A DNA stretch of 24,000 bases from Domibacillus mangrovi (lineage in GTDB: Bacteria > Bacillota > Bacilli > Bacillales > Domibacillaceae), in assembly GCF_001906925.1 (NCBI RefSeq), contig NZ_MRWQ01000015.1, positions 53,931 through 77,930 of the forward strand, in the 5' to 3' direction. The notes under the pieces were generated by a model that did no database searches, had not been told where the DNA came from, and saw only the letters and a program-made list of their open reading frames with translations. Position numbers and translations under genes: made by a program. Shown here piece by piece: positions 17,626 through 24,000 of this stretch; position 1 is the first letter of the stretch, and every line of letters begins with the position of its first letter.

Positions 17626-19692
17626 TTATTTTATTTTGAACTGTTGTATAAGATCATTCAAATTAGCTGCGCTTTCCTCTAGTGATTTTGCACTCCCAGA
17701 AACTTCATCCATTGAACTGCTTGATTCTTGAGCAGTAGCCGACACTTGTTCAATACCTGCAGCTGCTTCTTCTGAAACAGATGCTATGTTTTCAATGGAA
17801 TCATTAATAGATTTTGTATTATCTAACACCGTATATAATGATGATGCCATTTCTTCAATTTGAGTGCCAACTAAATGAATGGTTTCTTTGAGGTTTTTAA
17901 ATGTTTCCCCGGTCGTTTGGATTTGACTTGTGCCTTCATTTACTAGTTCATATCCATCATCTAGCGATTTGACCACCTGTTTTGATTCTAATTGAATATC
18001 TTTAACAATGTTTGTAATATCAGAAATAGAATGCCCAACTTGTTCCGCGAGCTTTCGAACCTCATTTGCTACGACCGCAAAACCTTTTCCTTGTTCTCCT
18101 GCACGGGCAGCTTCAATGGATGCGTTAAGTGCCAGCAAGTTTGTCTGTTCTGCAACCTCCTCAATTACTTTCACTAGCTTTGTAATTTCATTCGTCTTGT
18201 TATCTAATCCTTTGACCATGGAGAGTGAATGTTTCACTTTATCATTAATATGGTCCATTTTCCGAATGGATTCTTCCATATATTCACTTCCATTATTCGT
18301 CATCTTGAGCATGGTGTGTGATTGATCTTTTATATCTTCACCTTTATCAACGATATGCATGATTTCTTGAGAGAACTGAATCATCTTTTCATTAAGTGAT
18401 GATGACGAATGAGCTTGAATTTCTGCCCCGTTTGCCAACTCATCCATCGTTGTGGCAATTTGTTGACTGCCAGTCGTTACTGCATCTGCATATTGTGTAA
18501 GTTCTTCACTCTCGCTCGTTACATTATTCGATACAATAATGATCTCTTCAACCAACTGTTTTAATGAATTTCTCATATCACGAATACTATTAGAAATCGT
18601 TCCGATCTCATCTTTTCTTGATAAGTATTTTGTGTCAATCTCTTGGGAAAAGTCACCACTTGCAATGATTTTTAAACTTTCAGCTGATTTAATGATCGGT
18701 GTAGTGATTCGCTTTGAAATTAAAATATTTAATAAAAGAGTAAAGATGAGAACAATAACCGAAATAAGTAAAATCGTTTTGGTCATCTCTTTAGCCCCAC
18801 TTGTTAATTCATCCTCGGATATAAATGACGCTAAAGTCCAGTCGGTGTTCTTTACTTTATATGGAGAAACCATGTATTTTTTTCCTTTAATCGTTGCATA
18901 AAAGGGTTTTATATCTTTTGATAATACCTTTGTTAACCCCTCGATCTTTACTTCTTCTATCTTTTTGAAATTATTTTTGGCGTTATTTCCATCCGCCATA
19001 ATAATGCCCGTATTATGTACGATCATAGAAAAACCTGTGTTGCCTGTCCTCATTTCATTTAACATGTCACTGATAACAGATTGCTGAACATCGATTCCTA
19101 TTGTTCCTAATAGCTTCCCGTTCTTATCCGTGAATGTCTTCACATTACTTGTCCCCATTGAATTCGTAATACTGTCTATATACGGGGCTGTCCTGACGAT
19201 ATCCCCATTACCGCCTATAGCCGTTTGATACCATCCTCTAGTGGTAGGGTCATAGTTTTCGTTGATTTTTGTTTCGGGCCACGTAAGGTATGCTCCTTCT
19301 TTTGTTGCAAGATACACATACATTGTGTCTGGATGTGTATCTGCATACAGTTTAAATGCATCATATATTTTTTGTTCTAATCCTCCATTTTTAGAAGGTG
19401 TCATTTGTACTTCTTGACTGTTATTTTTATATGTTGTAATAGATGTATCCGCTTGCATAATTAATGGATGTTGAGCCATCATTTGAATATCTTTATCTAT
19501 TTGATCATAAAAAATGCCTATCGATTTCTCAACAATCATCATTTGTTCTTTTGAATTATCTAGAAAATCATTTTTAGCTTGTTTAGTAATTTGATAGCTC
19601 ATGATGCCGCCGACTATTAATAAAGTAAATAGAATCCCAATAGCTGAAGTTGCTATAAATTGTGCTTGTATACTTCTTATTTTTTTAAACAA
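17626..19692 (-). CDS. Methyl-accepting chemotaxis protein with double-Cache (dCache_1-like) sensor, HAMP and MA domains
   Basis: The sensor has Cache-type [15 protein letters not shown] is [22 protein letters not shown]...[13 protein letters not shown]. The signalling hairpin is [38 protein letters not shown]. Preferred start is TTG 19692 (MFKKIRS), 7 nt after GGGGGT. The track start at 19719 is also a TTG but has no RBS. AT-rich codon usage. Confidence 0.85.
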   Translation of the reverse strand: MFKKIRSIQAQFIATSAIGILFTLLIVGGIMSYQITKQAKNDFLDNSKEQMMIVEKSIGIFYDQIDKDIQMMAQHPLIMQADTSITTYKNNSQEVQMTPSKNGGLEQKIYDAFKLYADTHPDTMYVYLATKEGAYLTWPETKINENYDPTTRGWYQTAIGGNGDIVRTAPYIDSITNSMGTSNVKTFTDKNGKLLGTIGIDVQQSVISDMLNEMRTGNTGFSMIVHNTGIIMADGNNAKNNFKKIEEVKIEGLTKVLSKDIKPFYATIKGKKYMVSPYKVKNTDWTLASFISEDELTSGAKEMTKTILLISVIVLIFTLLLNILISKRITTPIIKSAESLKIIASGDFSQEIDTKYLSRKDEIGTISNSIRDMRNSLKQLVEEIIIVSNNVTSESEELTQYADAVTTGSQQIATTMDELANGAEIQAHSSSSLNEKMIQFSQEIMHIVDKGEDIKDQSHTMLKMTNNGSEYMEESIRKMDHINDKVKHSLSMVKGLDNKTNEITKLVKVIEEVAEQTNLLALNASIEAARAGEQGKGFAVVANEVRKLAEQVGHSISDITNIVKDIQLESKQVVKSLDDGYELVNEGTSQIQTTGETFKNLKETIHLVGTQIEEMASSLYTVLDNTKSINDSIENIASVSEEAAAGIEQVSATAQESSSSMDEVSGSAKSLEESAANLNDLIQQFKIK

Positions 19693-20197
19693 ATATTTTA
19701 CCCCCAATTGACATGACAATTCTTGCGGAAAATAACGTTAAATAATTTGTTCTAACTCAATAATGGTTTTAAAATCAGAGTATTCGCTTCTCGAAAATCG
19801 TATATGGAATTGGAAAAATTCATGAGACGGAAAGCATCTCATAATGTATCTTTGTCCGGCTATTCAGATAATAAATAGGATGAAAGTGGTGATGAACATT
19901 CCCCCTTGTTTCTAAAGTCTTTAGTGGATACAAGATATAACACCTTTCTGCAAAATAAAAAAGGTACGCCTGAAAACAAGGCCCCCTTTTTTGTAAGTTT
20001 CCTCCGGTCATCCGGCTGCCATAGCCAAAAGGCTTTAGGTCCGTAGCAATGTGTTTTTATCTGTCAATCCGTTTGCCATTATCGATAAAATTATTTAATT
20101 AGTATAATCATAACATATTATAACATATTTTCACATAATTACAATGAAATCGATATTTTTACCAGTTCGTTTTACCTATCTTTTTCGTTGAAAATAG

Positions 20198-20242
20198 AAA
20201 GGCGACATTCCGTTAAATTTTCAACGAAATGTCGCCTTTTTT
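20198..20242. terminator. Terminator hairpin (perfect 11-bp stem) usable on both strands
   Basis: AAAGGCGACAT (20198-20208) pairs perfectly with ATGTCGCCTTT (20229-20239). TTTTT follows on the + strand and CTATTTTC on the minus strand. It is interleaved with a second perfect 12-bp stem (see findings). Confidence 0.65.
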
Positions 20243-20292
20243 GATTTGAGATTTACTTACTCATTTAAAATCGCAGGCTTTTCAATGCCCTC

Positions 20293-20449
20293 TTTATCCC
20301 ACATTAACGGGCAGTAAGACCCCCGCTTCAAGACTTTGAAAAGAAAAGAAGGATAAGCGGGGGGATCAACTGCCCGTAAAAGCCCGATTGGTTCAACTAA
20401 CATTCAGTGGGGATGAAGAAAACCCCCACTGAATGAAGTTTCACTTTAT
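20293..20449 (+). repeat. Copy C (157 bp, minimal form) of the modular hairpin element
   Basis: Retains the left end, helix HP1, the 5' half of HP2, HP5 closed as a simple hairpin (ATTCAGTGGGG / CCCCACTGAAT) and the right end. Confidence 0.95.
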
Positions 20450-20622
20450 TCCGTTTCTTCATTAGTCGTGCCATCTTCAGTCTCTTTAACTTGATCTTCT
20501 TGTTGTTCATCTTCAACATTATTATCTTGATCTTCTCCATCCGCACAGCCCGTTAATCCACTAAGTGTTAAAGTAGCTGCCATTCCACCAACTAGAAATT
20601 TTTTCTTCCAATTAGAATCCAT
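20446..20622 (-). CDS. Small (58 aa) highly acidic lipoprotein
   Basis: Below the track cutoff. ATG 20622 lies 8 nt after AGGAGG (20636-20631). The product is MDSNWKKKFLVGGMAATLTLSGLTGCADGEDQDNNVEDEQQEDQVKETEDGTTNEETE. It has a basic n-region, a hydrophobic core and lipobox L-T-G-C. The mature part has 15 D/E in 33 residues. The stop codon lies in the element's terminal TTTAT. Confidence 0.6.
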   Translation of the reverse strand: MDSNWKKKFLVGGMAATLTLSGLTGCADGEDQDNNVEDEQQEDQVKETEDGTTNEETE

Positions 20623-20844
20623 GAATAACTCCTCCTATTAAACGGATTTGATGAAGCATGCCGTTCCCTTTACAAAGTAAAAGAAACGAAAGATAAAGCA
20701 TAGTGACTATATCATGAATTAAAATACAAAAGTCTAAATTTACAAAAAATTAACAATAATCCATTAATGTTTCATAAAGAATTTGTGATTATGTGGTACT
20801 ATTTACAAAGTTAAGCTAGATTCATTGAAAAAGGAGGGAAATGA

Positions 20845-21546
20845 ATGGATCTATTTCAGGGAATTAAAATTCTACATATCATTGGAGGATTTACGGCTCT
20901 GTTCACATTTTGGCTGCCCGTTGTCACAAAGAAAGGAGGAAGGCTTCATCGTCTGTTTGGATGGGTGTATGTAGGAGGAATGACGATGGTGGCTTTATCC
21001 GCTTTTTACATGGGTATATATCGTCTTTTAGACCCGTCTAGTTCTGTTGAAATGTTCTCATTTTCATTGTTTTTGCTTTTTATTTCGATTTTAAGTTCGT
21101 CGACTGTGTATTATGGGATTCGTGTGCTGCGGTTTAAAGGGAGAAAGGGCATTCATAAAAACGTACTAGATATAGGATTTCCTATTTTGCTTCTTACATC
21201 CGCGATTTGCATCAGTGTGTATGGGTTCATACAGGAGTTTGTCCTGCTGTCATGGTTTCCATTGCTTGGCGTATTCTTAGGTGCAACCCAATTAACGTAC
21301 TGGCTTCAAAAGCCAAAGAAGAACATGCACTGGTGGTTTGAACATTTTAGCGGAATGCTAGGCTGCTCGATCGCCACGATAACAGCATTTACGGTTTTTG
21401 GCGCACCGAGATTGCTCAACATCGAAGCCGTCAGCATTGTCTTATGGTTCCTGCCAACGATTATAGTAACCCCCGTTATTATAGGGCTCGCGATATATTA
21501 CACGAAAAAATTTAACGGAAAAAAGAAACCGGATATTCCAACATAA
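20845..21546 (+). CDS. Hypothetical integral membrane protein (about 6 TM, 233 aa)
   Basis: Strong RBS AAAGGAGGG. TM-rich throughout with a lysine-rich C-terminal tail. No family recognised. Confidence 0.65.
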   Translation: MDLFQGIKILHIIGGFTALFTFWLPVVTKKGGRLHRLFGWVYVGGMTMVALSAFYMGIYRLLDPSSSVEMFSFSLFLLFISILSSSTVYYGIRVLRFKGRKGIHKNVLDIGFPILLLTSAICISVYGFIQEFVLLSWFPLLGVFLGATQLTYWLQKPKKNMHWWFEHFSGMLGCSIATITAFTVFGAPRLLNIEAVSIVLWFLPTIIVTPVIIGLAIYYTKKFNGKKKPDIPT

Positions 21547-21698
21547 ATCGATCCGTGCTGCAAATTTATGCTCCAAACAGACGAAAATGGCTGTGAAGCA
21601 GGCACTGCATCCTATAGGAGTAGAGAGGAGGTGTAGCTAAAAAAGTACACAAGGCAAATAAGCTGTTTTTTGCCGTTTAATCATGTTTTCACATACAT

Positions 21699-21731
21699 AA
21701 AAACATCTCCTTGGAATATACCAAGAAGATG
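21699..21731 (-). terminator. Terminator of the osmC-like / hemY-like / small-ORF operon
   Basis: On the minus strand, CATCTTCTTGG pairs with CCAAGGAGATG (one mismatch, loop TATATT), followed by TTTTT. Confidence 0.65.
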
Positions 21732-21738
21732 TGATGAG

Positions 21739-21885
21739 TCACATGCGCCGATTTTCTACCGTTTTCATCCGGTTTTGCTGATCGGGGACACCTGCGATTT
21801 CTTCGAGTTTTTGATTTTTTTCTCTTTGAATCTGTTTGACATTTTTTTCGAACACTTCATCGTATTTTTCTTCTTTTTTGGTCAT
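21739..21885 (-). CDS. Unannotated 48-aa hydrophilic protein (MTKKEEKYDEVFEKNVKQIQREKNQKLEEIAGVPDQQNRMKTVENRRM)
   Basis: Below the track cutoff. The ATG lies 8 nt after AAAGGAG and 19 nt downstream of the hemY-like stop, and a terminator follows directly. The overlapping + strand 82-aa track ORF has no such signals. Confidence 0.55.
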   Translation of the reverse strand: MTKKEEKYDEVFEKNVKQIQREKNQKLEEIAGVPDQQNRMKTVENRRM

Positions 21886-21904
21886 CTAACACACTCCTTT
21901 GAAA

Positions 21905-23290
21905 TCAATTCACGTTAGTTTCTCCGGAGTCCGCGATTGTATCCGCGATTTTTTTGCCATTGGCGATACATGCCCCGATGCCGACACCGTAATATGAACA
22001 GCCAGCGAGCAGCACATTTGGAAAAAGGTCCGCCATTTTTTGTGATAAGGATGAGACGGCTTGACTATGCTGCAAATGGTAATTGGGCATTAAATTTGTC
22101 CATCGTGTTACGTTAACAGAATGCGGTTTTTCGATTAGACCGAGACTTTTCTGAATGTCAGACAGCGCTGCCTTCGTTAATGCCTCTTCATTCATTTGTT
22201 TCAATGCTTCATAATTTGGATTCGAGCTTTTGTAAAATAATCGGACTAATAAATGGTGATGTAAAGAGGTATGCGCCCATTTTTGACTTGTCCATGTACA
22301 TGCATCACACATTAAATCGCTGCCTTCTGTGACGATAAATCCGGTCCCGTCGGGGAGGCGTTCATTGGAAATATTAAATCCAATATAGACGCTCGTCAGC
22401 GAAGAATTCGTCAACTCGTTGAAATCGGCATCGAGTTCCGGTGAATTCAACATGCGCTGTGCAGCGTCATGCGAAGTACTCAACACGACAAAATCAGCGT
22501 GAATATGTTTATCGTTATCAAATGAAAGTTCATACCCAGCGTCCGTTTTTTCAATGTGGATTACACGAACGCCTTTTAAAAATTCGGCATGACCGGAACG
22601 TTCCTCAAGACGGTCAATAAGTGTTGAGAGGCCGTTTTTAAAGGAAATAAATTTTTTGTTACCAGCAGATTGAAAGGTTTTTTTGTTCTCGGAAAATCCT
22701 TTAATGATGCTGCCATACTTATTTTTGTAATCAAGTAAATAGGGCAATGTGGATTTCATCGTCAACGTATCCAGTTTCCCTGAATACACACCGGATAAAA
22801 TCGGAGAAATTTGTTTTTCGACGATTTCTTCACCTAAAAAATACGTCAAAAATGAGCCAACTGAACTGTCGATTGTAAAGGGGTTTTCCGTTTTTTCAAA
22901 GTCAAGCATCGCTTCCTGCTTGCCTTTCTCTGAAATTAATGTGCTGCTAAACAGTGAATCGACACTTGTAGGAATGCCGAAAATAGTGTCTTCGGGAACT
23001 TTATGCAGCATGTTGTCGGTATAAATATAGGATGTACCCGTTTCGTTATAGACGAGTTCATTAAGCAAATCAAGTTCTTCGATGAGCGGCATCACCCCTT
23101 CGCTTCGCGCGACAATCGAATCGGCGCCTGCTTCCATAATGAATTCATCATTATTCACCGTGCGTATTTTACCGCCGAGTTCCTCGTTTTGTTCAACGAG
23201 AATGACATGTAGATTTTGTTGTTGTTTCTGTAAATAATACAAGGCGGACAAGCCTGTGATACCGCCTCCGATAATGACAGCTGTTTTCAT
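21905..23290 (-). CDS. HemY/CgoX-family FAD-dependent protoporphyrinogen/coproporphyrinogen oxidase-like protein
   Basis: N-terminal dinucleotide fold VIIGGGITGLSALYYL...LVEQNEELGGKI. It is family-collinear with B. subtilis HemY, including ACTWTSQKW, VTRW...MPNY and YYGVGIGACI. RBS GAGGAG. Confidence 0.75.
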   Translation of the reverse strand: MKTAVIIGGGITGLSALYYLQKQQQNLHVILVEQNEELGGKIRTVNNDEFIMEAGADSIVARSEGVMPLIEELDLLNELVYNETGTSYIYTDNMLHKVPEDTIFGIPTSVDSLFSSTLISEKGKQEAMLDFEKTENPFTIDSSVGSFLTYFLGEEIVEKQISPILSGVYSGKLDTLTMKSTLPYLLDYKNKYGSIIKGFSENKKTFQSAGNKKFISFKNGLSTLIDRLEERSGHAEFLKGVRVIHIEKTDAGYELSFDNDKHIHADFVVLSTSHDAAQRMLNSPELDADFNELTNSSLTSVYIGFNISNERLPDGTGFIVTEGSDLMCDACTWTSQKWAHTSLHHHLLVRLFYKSSNPNYEALKQMNEEALTKAALSDIQKSLGLIEKPHSVNVTRWTNLMPNYHLQHSQAVSSLSQKMADLFPNVLLAGCSYYGVGIGACIANGKKIADTIADSGETNVN

Positions 23291-23312
23291 AAATGTTCAC
23301 TCCTCGCCATTA

Positions 23313-23762
23313 TCATAGCATTTTTTCAACAGCTGTCTGCAGGTCAATTTCGACATTTCCTTTAATTGCGCGGCTGATCATGCATGATCGTTCCGCTTTT
23401 TCTGCCAGTTTATGCGCAAGCTGGACATCTTTTTCTGTTGCATCTACTTTTAACACAATTGCCGGTCGATGAATTATTTTTTTATACGTCATGATGCCGT
23501 TCGTCACATCGACAATGCCTTCTGATTCCATTGTGAGGGAGACCTTTTCGAGCTTATTACGCTCAAGCATCGCAGCAAGCGTAATAATGTAGCACGTTGC
23601 GGCTGCTCCGAGCAGCATCTCATCGGGATTCGTACCAATGCCTGGACCATTCATTTCAGGCGGGATGGACACGTTCGTTATTAAATTTCCTGCTTTAATT
23701 GTCCCGACATCATTTCGAGCACCCGGCCAGTCCGCTTTTAAATGAAAGATATGCTCCGCCAT
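23313..23762 (-). CDS. OsmC/Ohr-family (peroxiredoxin-like) protein
   Basis: 149 aa with family-typical NPDEMLLGAAATCYIITLAAM and the C-terminal AEKAERSCMISRAIKG (the two conserved Cys). RBS GGAAGGAG lies 8 nt upstream. It sits 22 nt upstream of the hemY-like gene, so co-transcription is likely. Confidence 0.8.
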   Translation of the reverse strand: MAEHIFHLKADWPGARNDVGTIKAGNLITNVSIPPEMNGPGIGTNPDEMLLGAAATCYIITLAAMLERNKLEKVSLTMESEGIVDVTNGIMTYKKIIHRPAIVLKVDATEKDVQLAHKLAEKAERSCMISRAIKGNVEIDLQTAVEKML

Positions 23763-23784
23763 AAAATCATCTCCTTCCGTTCAG

Positions 23785-23986
23785 TTTAACGAAGGATAAG
23801 CAGGGGATCAACTGCCCGTAAAAGCCCGATTGGTTCGGGCCAGGCAGAGCCTGGTCACTCAGGTATTGCCGCAGGACGCGGCGTTCTTTACCTGAGTTCC
23901 TGTTTATTCAGTGGGGAGAGAGGAAGGCAGACTAAGAACGTCACATCCTGTGAACCTAACCCCCACTGAATGAAGTATCACTTTAT
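23785..23986 (+). repeat. Copy D (202 bp, 5'-truncated variant) of the modular hairpin element
   Basis: Starts inside HP1 (GAAGGATAAGCAGGGGATCAACTGCCCG). It has HP2, a covarying HP3, HP4 and HP5, fused HP6/HP7, and the canonical right end ...CACTGAATGAAGTATCACTTTAT. Confidence 0.9.
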
Positions 23987-24000
23987 TGAAAAGAACGATC

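Noticed and set aside
19820-20011. A 63-aa minus-strand ORF in the AT-rich spacer
   Set aside because: It has no recognisable family, an aromatic and His-rich odd composition, and no convincing RBS context. It is probably non-coding.
20144-20191. A 15-codon leader peptide (MKSIFLPVRFTYLFR) whose stop codon lies inside arm A of the interleaved stems, suggesting translation attenuation
   Set aside because: No recognisable RBS lies upstream of the ATG (TTTTCACATAATTACA), and there is no downstream + strand gene to regulate. I kept it only as a note within the interleaved-stem finding.
21670-21918. An 82-aa + strand ORF overlapping the hemY-like 3' end
   Set aside because: It has no RBS and is Phe-rich from reading the complement of a Lys/Glu-rich frame. 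The opposite strand has a 48-aa ORF with a strong RBS, operon spacing and a terminator.
23783-23811. A hybrid promoter for the osmC-like operon on the minus strand: TTGATC (23811-23806, conserved element sequence), 17 nt, then TAAACT (23788-23783, at the truncation junction)
   Set aside because: Both hexamers are mediocre. The predicted start site (about 23775-23777) would fall inside the Shine-Dalgarno GGAAGGAG, leaving almost no leader. It is possible but not supportable from sequence alone.
2135-23986. Could the four repeats be a CRISPR array, tRNA-like genes or group II intron fragments?
   Set aside because: The units are 157-275 bp and lie kilobases apart, separated by ordinary genes, so they are not short repeats with regular spacers. 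No cloverleaf or anticodon architecture is present, and I could recognise no group II domain V/VI-like sequence.

Overview
This 24-kb chromosomal window looks like a Bacillaceae-type Firmicute. Several products closely resemble B. subtilis YtsJ, Sda, type-I signal peptidase, YcgL and YitT, and the codon style suggests Geobacillus or Anoxybacillus, though the species cannot be established from sequence alone. All product calls rest on motifs I recognise by eye; no search was run. The gene content is ordinary: a partial BCCT osmolyte carrier, an NADP malic enzyme, a CapA-like protein, sda, signal peptidase I, two methyl-accepting chemotaxis proteins, and a TetR regulator divergent from an RND efflux pump with three copies of a TGACC-N4-GGTCA operator. 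It also holds AI-2E and YitT family membrane proteins, a GGDEF cyclase, and an OsmC-like / HemY-like oxidase / 48-aa ORF operon. Three genes are decayed. A YcgL-like nucleotidyltransferase has one in-frame TAA, a DUF2922-like small gene has one in-frame TAG, and a 5'-truncated mobile-element-type HTH gene has a poly-A frameshift plus four in-frame stops. The signal that genes do not explain is a dispersed, modular, hairpin-dense element of 157-275 bp. It occurs four times (2135-2409, 6171-6413, 20293-20449, 23785-23986), always in the same orientation and always non-coding, and every intact junction carries TTTAT. Nearly all substitutions inside its helices are C-to-T changes that keep G-U/G-T wobble pairing on the + strand only, and one helix shows a compensatory paired insertion. 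That pattern argues for a conserved single-stranded (RNA or ssDNA) structure. The candidates are a non-autonomous IS200/IS605-like (PATE-type) element, a structured ncRNA family, or both. Secondary observations are an interleaved pair of perfect 12-bp and 11-bp stems at 20184-20239, an apparently low-GC patch around the second chemoreceptor, and two unannotated small ORFs.
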